Origin: Nitrospirota bacterium
Lineage (GTDB): Bacteria > Nitrospirota > UBA9217
Assembly (NCBI GenBank): GCA_963790205.1
Contig: CAWBNQ010000002.1
Location: 172,502 to 236,501, forward strand
DNA: 64,000 bases
Direction of reading: 5' to 3'
Shown here: in pieces, positions 10,708-18,591 of the stretch
How positions within the stretch are numbered: the stretch's first letter is position 1
Layout: the number at the start of each line of letters is the position of its first letter
Notes under the pieces: generated by a model
The model's database searches: none
Told to the model about the DNA's origin: nothing
What the model saw: the letters and a program-made list of their open reading frames with translations, nothing else
Made by a program: the position numbers and the translations under genes

Positions 10708-12285
10708 ATGAAGGTTCTCATCAGCGACAACCTCTCCCCCGTCGGGGTGGAGATTTTGAAAAAGGCCGGGCTCGAAGTAGACGCCCGGAGCAAGACCTCG
10801 GTCGAGGAGATCGAGAAGATCATCGGCGATTACGACGCGCTCATCATCCGTTCAGCAACAAAAGTCACGAAGGACCTCCTGGACAAGGCGACAAAGCTCA
10901 AGGTCGTGGGCCGCGCCGGAAGCGGCCTTGACAACGTGGACATCCCCTCGGCGACCAAAAAGGGCGTGGTGGTCATGAATACGCCAGGCGGCAACACCGT
11001 CACCACGGCTGAGCACACCATCGGCATGATCTTCGCCTGCGCCCGAATGATTCCGCAGGCCTACTCCTCGCTCAAGGCGGGCAAGTGGGAAAAGAAGAAA
11101 TTCGAAGGCGTCGAACTTTACGACAAGACCCTGGGTGTAATCGGCACAGGGGCCATCGGCGGCGTCGTGGCGAGCAGGGCGATCGGGCTCGGCATGAAGG
11201 TCCTGGCCTATGACCCCTTCATCTCTCCGGAAAAGGCGAAATCACTCGGGATCGAGCTCGCGGACCTGCCGACGATCTACAAGCGCTCTGACTTCATCAC
11301 GATCCACACGCCCAAGACCAAGGAGACCGCGAACCTCATCAATAAGAATACGATCGCCCAGATGAAGGACAGCGTGCGCATCATCAACTGCGCCCGCGGC
11401 GGCATCGTAAACGAGCAGGACCTCTATGAGGCCTTGAAGAGCGGCAAGGTCGCGGCAGCGGCCTTTGACGTGTTCGAGAAGGAGCCGCCGGAGAACCACC
11501 CGCTGCTTACGCTCGACAACTTCATCGCCACGCCGCACCTCGGCGCATCCACGAGAGAGGCGCAGGAGAACGTGGCCGTGGCCGTGGCCGAGCAGATCGT
11601 GGACTATCTCATCGCAGGGACCGTGCGGAACGCGGTGAACGTGCCTTCGGTGCCGGCGGACCAGCTCCCGGCCTTGAGCCCCTACATCAACCTCGCCGAA
11701 CGGATCGGGTCCTTCGAGGCGCAGCTCTACGAGGGCGGCCTGACGCAGGTGACGGTAGAGTACAGCGGCGAGGTGTCGAACCTCAAGCTCGAGCCGATCA
11801 CGCTTGCGGCGCTTAAGGGACTCTTAACGCCTATCCTCAAGGAGAACGTGAACTACGTGAATGCGCCGCTCATCGCCAAGGACCGCGGCATCGAGGTCAA
11901 GGTATCGAAGACGAGCAGCGGTTCGGAGTACACCAGCCTGGTCACCGTGAGGGTCAAGGCGAGCGGCAGGGAAATGGCAATAGCGGGCACGCTGAACAGC
12001 AAGAAGGAGCCGCGCATCGTGCAGGTGGACAATTTCCCGATGGAGACGGTGCCGGAGGGCGACATGCTCGTGCTCATGAACAACGACAAGCCGGGCGTCA
12101 TCGGCGGCATCGGCATGCTCCTCGGCCAGAACGGCGTCAACATCGCGCGCATGCAGTTCGGCCGCGAGAAGCAGGGCGGCCTGGCCATGTCGGTCGTCAG
12201 TATCGACAATCAGGTGTCCGATGGGCTCATGGCGAAGATCAGACAGCTGCCGAATGTGTTGTCAGTGAAGCAGATTAGAATCTAA
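10708..12285 (+). CDS. serA: D-3-phosphoglycerate dehydrogenase
   Basis: IRSATKVT, GRAGSGLDNVD, INCARGG, TPHLGAST; C-terminal ASB and ACT (NNDKPGVIG) domains. Confidence 0.95.
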   Translation: MKVLISDNLSPVGVEILKKAGLEVDARSKTSVEEIEKIIGDYDALIIRSATKVTKDLLDKATKLKVVGRAGSGLDNVDIPSATKKGVVVMNTPGGNTVTTAEHTIGMIFACARMIPQAYSSLKAGKWEKKKFEGVELYDKTLGVIGTGAIGGVVASRAIGLGMKVLAYDPFISPEKAKSLGIELADLPTIYKRSDFITIHTPKTKETANLINKNTIAQMKDSVRIINCARGGIVNEQDLYEALKSGKVAAAAFDVFEKEPPENHPLLTLDNFIATPHLGASTREAQENVAVAVAEQIVDYLIAGTVRNAVNVPSVPADQLPALSPYINLAERIGSFEAQLYEGGLTQVTVEYSGEVSNLKLEPITLAALKGLLTPILKENVNYVNAPLIAKDRGIEVKVSKTSSGSEYTSLVTVRVKASGREMAIAGTLNSKKEPRIVQVDNFPMETVPEGDMLVLMNNDKPGVIGGIGMLLGQNGVNIARMQFGREKQGGLAMSVVSIDNQVSDGLMAKIRQLPNVLSVKQIRI

Positions 12286-12385
12286 GAAGCAGTCAGGAGT
12301 TCGGAGTGAGGAGTTCGGAGGGTGAATACAGAATTTTCACCTGACCACTTACACTTCACTTTTCACGGTTTCACAAGGAGACACC

Positions 12386-13690
12386 ATGCCAGTATTGGTT
12401 GTAGTAGGCGCCCAGTGGGGCGATGAAGGCAAGGGAAAGATCATCGACCTGCTTACCGAGAAGGCGGACATCGTCGCGCGTTATCAGGGCGGCCATAATG
12501 CCGGCCATACCGTGGTAGTGGGTATGAACGAGTTCATCCTGCACCTGGTCCCTTCGGGCATTCTGCACAAGGGCAAGAAGTGCATCATCGGAAACGGCGT
12601 GGTCGTGGACCCCGCGGCGCTCCTCGAAGAGATGGATGCGATGGCCAAGCGGGGCGTCAAATTCGACGGCAGCCTGCTCATCAGCAAGAACGCGCACCTG
12701 ATCATGCCCTACCACAAGGCCCTCGACATGGCGAGCGAGAAGCTCAAGGGGAACAAGAAGATCGGCACAACCGGCCGCGGCATCGGGCCCGCGTACGCCG
12801 ACAAGATCAACCGCAAGGGTATCAGAATGGCCGATCTCCTGGACCCCGAAGCGTTCCGCGACAAGCTCGCGTGCAACACCGGCGAAGCGAATTTCCTGCT
12901 CGAGCGCTTCTACCATGCGCCGCTGGTACAATTGGACCAGGTATATGAAGAATATATGGCCTACGCCCGGCGGCTCAAAAAATACATTGCCGATACGACG
13001 CTCTTCCTCAACGAATCGATCGCCGGAAACAAGAAGATCCTGGCCGAGGGAGCTCAAGGCACCCACCTGGATGTGGACCACGGCACCTATCCCTTCGTGA
13101 CCTCGTCAAGCCCCACGGCGGGGGGGGCCTGCACGGGCCTCGGCATCGGTCCGAATACGATCACCGAGGTAATAGGGATCGTCAAGGCCTATACCACGCG
13201 CGTGGGCAGCGGTCCGTTCCCGACCGAGCAGGAGAACAAGCTCGGAGAGCTGCTCCGCGCCCGGGGCAAGGAATACGGCGCCACGACCGGAAGGCCCCGG
13301 CGGTGCGGCTGGCTGGATACGCTCATCGTCCGCCATGCCGTGCGCGTGAACGGGCTGACGGGCGTTGCCATCACCAAGCTCGACGTGCTCGACACGCTCG
13401 ATGAGCTCAAGATCTGCGTGGGCTACAAATACAAGGGCAAGCTCTATGAAGAGATGCCGTCCGAGCTTGCGGTGCTGGAGAAGGGCATGCCCCAGTACAT
13501 CACCATGCCGGGCTGGAAGCAGACCACGATCGGCATCACGAAGTATGCTGACCTGCCCAAGAAGGCACGCGCCTATGTGGAGAAGGTCTGCAGGCTCTGC
13601 GGGGTGAAGCCCGCCATCATTTCAACCGGCGCGCGAAGGGACGAGACCATTATCCTTCAGCAGCCCTTCAAGAGGGCGGGGAAGAGATAA
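12386..13690 (+). CDS. purA: Adenylosuccinate synthetase
   Basis: GAQWGDEGKGK, GGHNAGHT, GTTGRGIGPAY, TTGRPRRCGWLD, TKLDVL. Confidence 0.97.
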   Translation: MPVLVVVGAQWGDEGKGKIIDLLTEKADIVARYQGGHNAGHTVVVGMNEFILHLVPSGILHKGKKCIIGNGVVVDPAALLEEMDAMAKRGVKFDGSLLISKNAHLIMPYHKALDMASEKLKGNKKIGTTGRGIGPAYADKINRKGIRMADLLDPEAFRDKLACNTGEANFLLERFYHAPLVQLDQVYEEYMAYARRLKKYIADTTLFLNESIAGNKKILAEGAQGTHLDVDHGTYPFVTSSSPTAGGACTGLGIGPNTITEVIGIVKAYTTRVGSGPFPTEQENKLGELLRARGKEYGATTGRPRRCGWLDTLIVRHAVRVNGLTGVAITKLDVLDTLDELKICVGYKYKGKLYEEMPSELAVLEKGMPQYITMPGWKQTTIGITKYADLPKKARAYVEKVCRLCGVKPAIISTGARRDETIILQQPFKRAGKR

Positions 13691-13873
13691 ATTCCAAATT
13701 ACAAGCACCAATAGCCAAGCACTAAACTCCAAACGTTTGGGTATTGTGATTTGCTGACTGGATCTTATCTGAATTTTGTGAATTGAAATGAGGAGCTTTC
13801 AGAGTTCGGCAGATTCTATTTGCAAAACTGCAAGAACTCTGATATTATACGCTTCTTTGAAAACCGCGAAAGC

Positions 13874-13949
13874 GGGCCGGTAGCTCAGTTGGTAGAGCAC
13901 CGCCCTTTTAAGGCGGGTGTCCTGGGTCCGAATCCCAGCCGGCTCACCA
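13874..13949 (+). tRNA. tRNA-Lys(UUU)
   Basis: Cloverleaf; anticodon arm CCGCC-CTTTTAA-GGCGG; ends ACCA; T-loop reads TCCGAAT. Confidence 0.9.
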
Positions 13950-14044
13950 TTAAATCATTGCAGATTGAAGATTGCGGGATGCGGATTTGAAGGCATTTGA
14001 AGTGCGATCCGAATCCACGATCCGAAATCTGAAATAGTAAAACC

Positions 14045-14122
14045 GTCCCCATCGTCTAGTCCGGCCCAGGACACCGCCCTTTCACGGCGATAACAAGGGT
14101 TCGAATCCCTTTGGGGACGCCA
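14045..14122 (+). tRNA. tRNA-Glu(UUC); probable integration site
   Basis: GTCCCCA acceptor stem, anticodon loop CTTTCAC, GGTTCGAATCC, ends GCCA. Confidence 0.93.
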
Positions 14123-14129
14123 ATCAAAT

Positions 14130-15206
14130 TCAGGGGTTACCGGTTTCCGGTAGCTCCTTTTCTTTTGACTGTGATAAAAATGTGATAATTTCCCCGTAGC
14201 TCTTCTCTAGCTGGCTGATTGCGCTGGCAAGGTGCTTCGGTCCGATGTGGGCATAACGCCGGGTCATGCGCGTGTCCTTGTGTCCCATGAGGTCGGCCAG
14301 AGTATCCAGATCCACTCCCGCCTGTCTGTTCCATGATGCGAAACAGTGCCGAAGATCGTGGAACCGGAAATTTTCAATCTTAGCCGCTTTCAGCGCCTTT
14401 TTGAAAGCCCTCTGCACCTGCATCGCCGTGTAGGGCTTTCCGTCCGCATGGCAAAAAACACGCGGATTATTGAGGCGTGTGACCTTCATCGCTTCTTTCA
14501 GGGCTTCATAAGCAAGAGTGGCGATCGGAATGATCAGGGGCTCCTCATTCTTCATTTCTGAGCTATCAAGTGAGATCGTCCGCGCGAAGATATTTACCTG
14601 ATCCCGCCGCAGGCTGAGGATGTTTCCCTTCCGTAATCCTGTCCATGCCGCCACTGTCACGATACCCTTGAGCCACCCGTCGCATTCTTTCAGGAGCCTG
14701 TGGTATTCCTCATAGGAGAGATACCTGAGCCGCTTTGTATCGGCCTGCCGCTCCATCTCGATTGGTGGCACTTCCCTGAGCCACATCCAGCGTTTCTTTG
14801 CAAGGTTGAGCATACGCTTCAGGATGTTCAGCTTTCTAACGATCGTCGCCGGCTTGTCCTTCTCACCTTTGCGCTTTTGCCTGAATTCATCGATCACTGC
14901 GGGCGTAATTTGTGCCAGTGTTCGGGAGCCGAAGAACTCTTTCAGCTGCCGAAGGTAGCTTTCCACCGACCGCCAGCTTTTAAGCTCTTTGAACTCGGTC
15001 GCTTCATACTTAGCGACGAGCTCCTCGAAAGTCCTCTGACTGCCCTCGTCGATTTCGAGCCACTTGCCCTCTGCGATCTGCGTCATGACCTTGCGGTAAA
15101 TCTTTGCGGCCAGCTTCTTGTCGTTTGTTTCCGTGGGTCTTCTCAGCTGCTTACCGTTGTATGTAAAACACATCCACCAGGCTTGGCCTCTTCTGTACAG
15201 TCCCAT
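14130..15206 (-). CDS. int: Tyrosine recombinase/integrase
   Basis: TGLRKG (R), FHDLRH (HxxR), LMGH, TRRYAH (Y); adjacent to tRNA. Confidence 0.95.
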   Translation of the reverse strand: MGLYRRGQAWWMCFTYNGKQLRRPTETNDKKLAAKIYRKVMTQIAEGKWLEIDEGSQRTFEELVAKYEATEFKELKSWRSVESYLRQLKEFFGSRTLAQITPAVIDEFRQKRKGEKDKPATIVRKLNILKRMLNLAKKRWMWLREVPPIEMERQADTKRLRYLSYEEYHRLLKECDGWLKGIVTVAAWTGLRKGNILSLRRDQVNIFARTISLDSSEMKNEEPLIIPIATLAYEALKEAMKVTRLNNPRVFCHADGKPYTAMQVQRAFKKALKAAKIENFRFHDLRHCFASWNRQAGVDLDTLADLMGHKDTRMTRRYAHIGPKHLASAISQLEKSYGEIITFLSQSKEKELPETGNP

Positions 15207-15535
15207 TAAACCTCCTTCCTGAGACCGTGATGTTGGCCTGGTTTCCCGTTGGATGGATTATACTCTTTACCCTTTGTGCCTTCAATAGCTCTTTTGACGA
15301 TGGAGTCTATGTCTTGAGGATGTTTTTTCACGATGTAAAGTTCCTGTTTCTTCGGTTCTTTGCGTGAAGCCTTGACCCAGTTTTCGATTTCTACCATGTC
15401 GAAACGTATCAGCCCATTTAGCTTATGAAAAGGGATTAAGCCGGTATGCACCCATGAGTAAAGTGTTGATTCTTTGACTGTAAGGAATCTAGAAAGCTCT
15501 TTTACCGTTACAAACGTCATGGTTTCTTTTTCCAT
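15206..15535 (-). CDS. Excisionase-like HTH protein
   Basis: VTVKELSRFLTVKESTLYSWVHTGLIPFHKLNGLIRFD; stop overlaps the int start (TAATG). Confidence 0.85.
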   Translation of the reverse strand: MEKETMTFVTVKELSRFLTVKESTLYSWVHTGLIPFHKLNGLIRFDMVEIENWVKASRKEPKKQELYIVKKHPQDIDSIVKRAIEGTKGKEYNPSNGKPGQHHGLRKEV

Positions 15536-15635
15536 TATTCGTTCTGTCTTTTTGTTGGTATTTCGTGATAAAACGTAAAATAGATAACAATGCCGATCAG
15601 AGCAACCCAGCCGAGCGGCTTTATTTCCCATCCTG

Positions 15636-15716
15636 CTAAAAGGGGATCTCGCCGACCCCAACTCCACTCGCGAACTTCACCGTAGATTTTCCAATGTCAA
15701 ATTCGATTGCAGTCAT
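15636..15716 (-). pseudogene. 26-codon remnant of a parM paralog
   Basis: MTAIEFDIGKSTVKFASGVGVGEIPF* versus MTAIGIDMGKSAVKYASGAGVGEIPSY at 21748. Confidence 0.85.
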
Positions 15717-15791
15717 AGTCCCGCCTGTTTGATATGGTGTGGCGCACACCACACCATATGTTTCATGCTATTATGCTGCGTGAAATATTTA

Positions 15792-15826
15792 TATACAGTA
15801 TACTGTATACTATATATCAAAGTCAA
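15792..15826 (-). promoter_or_regulatory. Leftward promoter with palindromic operator upstream of xis-int
   Basis: Minus-strand TTGACT...TATACT; perfect palindrome TATACAGTATACTGTATA (15792-15809) identical to 17212-17229. Confidence 0.75.
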
Positions 15827-15875
15827 GCTAAATATTGATTTACTGCTTTACACGGCTATTCAATGCGGTAAGGAT

Positions 15876-16110
15876 CCGATTTCAAGCTTCAAGTAGTTAA
15901 GAAGCACCTTGAGGAGAGCATTTCTGTTTCGGTGACCCGGCAGGAACGCGGGCTGAGCGGTGAGAGCTAGCTTATCGTCGTGATGGTGAAGCAGGGCTTA
16001 CCACAAACTACCGGGGAAAGGGCAGAAGTCTTCCCGCCCTGGTCAAACAGAAGATCGTCGAAGTAAAAGAAGCCAACCCGCTGTTCAGCCGCAGGCGGCC
16101 TGGCTGAGCA
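15876..16110 (+). pseudogene. Degraded transposase N-terminal fragment (IS481/IS3-like HTH)
   Basis: Interrupted reading DFKLQVVKKHLEESISVS...YRRDGEAGL...LPALVKQKIVEVKEANPLF. Confidence 0.5.
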
Positions 16111-16240
16111 TGAAGGCATTTATTCCAGATGCCGTCAACGGGAGAGCGTTACCCCATTTACTGATTCTGGTATTATAAACTGCTGGCGTGCACACCCTCG
16201 ATTAAGACTGTAACTATATATCCTTTAACGCCATCTTACT

Positions 16241-16705
16241 TTAAGCGCTTTTCTTCCCACCGATGTTTCCAAAATTTATTATTACAATTGGCAATAGAAG
16301 AACCAATAAAATTATTGTAAAGACCGCCATGAACGATGAATTAAATTTCACAGACAAAACATAACCGACAAAAGAAGAACACCCCAGAATGATCAGCCAC
16401 TTTTTACTTTTTCTCCAGTTGGCTTCGATCTGTTCTTTTTTTAAATGTTCGCGAAGGGGATAACCGCAGTCAGGGCAGGTAATCGCGGCGCGAGCCGGAT
16501 TGTTATTGCATACCGGACATTTTGTTTTGTCGGGGTTCAGCGGCTGAGAGGCAGAACTGCTCTCGACATAATTAAGGAGATATTGTTTCAAATCATCTTT
16601 AAGCTCGCTTACGTTCTCTTCCTCCGAAGGCAACCGTCGACCTCTCTTGATTGCTTCTTCAGATAAGTTAATTATCTTGTTCGGCTTATTTTCAGTATCG
16701 TTCAT
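16241..16705 (-). CDS. Zinc-ribbon protein with two C-terminal TM helices
   Basis: CPVC...CPDCGYP and two hydrophobic segments; follows the repressor in the same direction. Confidence 0.7.
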   Translation of the reverse strand: MNDTENKPNKIINLSEEAIKRGRRLPSEEENVSELKDDLKQYLLNYVESSSASQPLNPDKTKCPVCNNNPARAAITCPDCGYPLREHLKKEQIEANWRKSKKWLIILGCSSFVGYVLSVKFNSSFMAVFTIILLVLLLPIVIINFGNIGGKKSA

Positions 16706-16717
16706 GGACGTTCTTTA

Positions 16718-17146
16718 CTACGCGGACCTTTTCGAATGCTTGACCACATCCGCGGCCCCGGTTTTTTTACTCTCGACCTTTTCCTTCATGAATTTACTGA
16801 TCAAGTCTTTTTTCTTTTTGGGGGATAAATTGCTGTCAATTTCCGTCAAAAAACTATTGAGCAAATTGACCAGTTCTTCGGGCTCGCCGAAAATATCCAC
16901 TTTTCTCGATTTGGAGACGGATACCGGGGTTTCTTCGAAAAAAACACGTCGCGCCTCATGTTCGTCCACATCATACGCCTTGCAGACCTTCAGAAGCGTA
17001 TCATAGCTGGGTTTTAAAATTCCTCCACGCTCCATCTGGTTCAGCATCGACGGAGAAAGGCCGGTCTTATCCGCCATTTTGACAAGGCTGAAACCCAATT
17101 TATTTCTTCTTGCTGTAAGATACCCGCCGAATTCTGATCTATCCAT
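16718..17146 (-). CDS. XRE-family repressor
   Basis: HTH_3 pattern RNKLGFSLVKMADKTGLSPSMLNQMERG; divergent from the rep/relaxase operon. Confidence 0.85.
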   Translation of the reverse strand: MDRSEFGGYLTARRNKLGFSLVKMADKTGLSPSMLNQMERGGILKPSYDTLLKVCKAYDVDEHEARRVFFEETPVSVSKSRKVDIFGEPEELVNLLNSFLTEIDSNLSPKKKKDLISKFMKEKVESKKTGAADVVKHSKRSA

Positions 17147-17194
17147 ACAGTGTATTATATACTACTTGAAGGGCTCTGTAAAGCAATATAACGC

Positions 17195-17229
17195 TTGACT
17201 TTAAAATATAATATACAGTATACTGTATA
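17195..17229 (+). promoter_or_regulatory. Rightward promoter with palindromic operator
   Basis: TTGACT (17195-17200) and TATACT (17219-17224), the latter inside palindrome TATACAGTATACTGTATA. Confidence 0.75.
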
Positions 17230-17233
17230 AAGT

Positions 17234-17644
17234 ATGAATGAGACCATTGTCGATGAGCTGTACCTGCGGGAACACTTACGGCTTAGTGAGTCTTTTATAG
17301 CGAGACACAGCCGCAGTATGGGTTGTTTCGCGCGAAAGCCGCGAAGATTCTTTCTGGCTCAGGTCATGGCGCATCTCGAATTTCTGGCAGCAGAAGCACA
17401 GGCTAGGGCGCATGGCCGAAAGTCGGCGCAAACGACACAAATCCGCAACGTGCGACGGATGGCAGACCATGTTATCCAATCGAAATACAAAAAATTGAAA
17501 GACGGGGTAACGGATTTTGCCGAGTATTTCGCCCGACAATACGATGGCGAAGACGCCCCTGGTAAGACGAATCGCAAGAGATATAAGGGCATCCAGGGAG
17601 AACACAACACTAAGACGGACTTGCCGGCTGCGGAGACGGTGTGA
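17234..17644 (+). CDS. Hypothetical protein, possibly Xis/Cro-like DNA-binding
   Basis: First ORF after the operator; overlaps the next ORF (GTGA). Confidence 0.55.
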   Translation: MNETIVDELYLREHLRLSESFIARHSRSMGCFARKPRRFFLAQVMAHLEFLAAEAQARAHGRKSAQTTQIRNVRRMADHVIQSKYKKLKDGVTDFAEYFARQYDGEDAPGKTNRKRYKGIQGEHNTKTDLPAAETV

Positions 17645-18570
17645 AGAATAGAATTAATGATGATAGTGATGAGATAGTCATTATTGATGAAACCAACCGA
17701 GGATTCACCGTGGTCGCTCAATGGATTCTTGAGCTGCCGCTGCGTGCTACGCCGAAAATGGTATTTATCGCCCTTAAATCATTTTCCGGCTTTGCCGAGA
17801 TCAGGCCGTCAATCAGAACAGTAGCACTGAGAGCGGGTTGCTCTCGCTCCACAGTAAAACGCTGTGTCCAGATATTGGAAAAGAAAAAGCTGGTTTACAT
17901 AAAACAGGGAAAACGGCCAGATGGAGGAGACGGTGCCAATATTTACGTTCTACGAAATCCTGACGATAAGCCCCCGGTTCAAAATGAACCCGGGGTCAAT
18001 ATGAACCAGGCCCAGGGTCACAGTGGACCGGGGGCCAGGTTCAATGTGAACCCCCAAAAGAATAATAACAAACAATACATAAAAACACACATGGTCGATA
18101 GTGTGTCTGCTGAAGCTGTTGAAGAGATACTGTCAGGCAGGTTTTCAAGTGTTGACCGCAACTGGCTTATTTTGCAAATACGAAGGACCAAGCGGCCTGT
18201 AAAGGAAATATTACGAGACCTTGACCGTCTCTGCTGGCAGTACGGCAAGGCTAATGCCCAGGAAGTCAGGGCTCCAGAGGCATTGGTTCTAAAGGCAATC
18301 TGCGAAGGCTGGGCGGAACCGGATGGATTCGTGGCTGCTGAGGATCGTAAGCGAAGGTCTCAGGAGTCGGAATCTGCTGCTTCCCAGGCCGAGGCAGCAG
18401 AACGAGCACGTGAAGAAGCTGAGGCGCGACACTGGGAGGCGGCTAGGAAACAGTTTCGAAATTTGTCAGAAGCCGAGCAGCAAAGATATTTAACGAGGTA
18501 TTCATGGATGCGCCATGAACGGCGTGAAGCGGCGGCCATCGGCGCATATATGCGGAAGACGGGCATATAA
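17641..18570 (+). CDS. HTH replication initiator-like protein
   Basis: FTVV...PSIRTVALRAGCSRSTVKRCVQILEKKKLV...NIY pattern typical of phage/plasmid initiators; internal iterons. Confidence 0.7.
   Translation: MKNRINDDSDEIVIIDETNRGFTVVAQWILELPLRATPKMVFIALKSFSGFAEIRPSIRTVALRAGCSRSTVKRCVQILEKKKLVYIKQGKRPDGGDGANIYVLRNPDDKPPVQNEPGVNMNQAQGHSGPGARFNVNPQKNNNKQYIKTHMVDSVSAEAVEEILSGRFSSVDRNWLILQIRRTKRPVKEILRDLDRLCWQYGKANAQEVRAPEALVLKAICEGWAEPDGFVAAEDRKRRSQESESAASQAEAAERAREEAEARHWEAARKQFRNLSEAEQQRYLTRYSWMRHERREAAAIGAYMRKTGI
17976..18092. repeat. Four palindromic iterons plus A-rich tract (candidate origin of replication)
   Basis: GGTTCAAAATGAACC (17976), GGGTCAATATGAACC (17993), GGGTCACAGTGGACC (18015), GGTTCAATGTGAACC (18038), then AAAAGAATAATAACAAACAATACATAAAAAC. 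Confidence 0.7.
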
Positions 18571-18591
18571 CGCGAGAAGGGATTTAGCATC

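Noticed and set aside
13955..14040. Degenerate ~7-mer repeats between the tRNAs (similar ones at ~12290-12365)
   Set aside because: Short low-complexity intergenic repeats without evidence of a specific function.
15792..17229. TATACAGTATACTGTATA as a LexA (SOS) box
   Set aside because: Half-sites are in the opposite orientation and spacing (ACAG-N4-CTGT) to CTGT-N8-ACAG; better explained as the operator of the adjacent XRE repressor.
14130..18570. Prophage
   Set aside because: Int/xis/repressor/rep look phage-like, but there are no capsid, terminase, tail or lysis genes, and conjugation genes follow.
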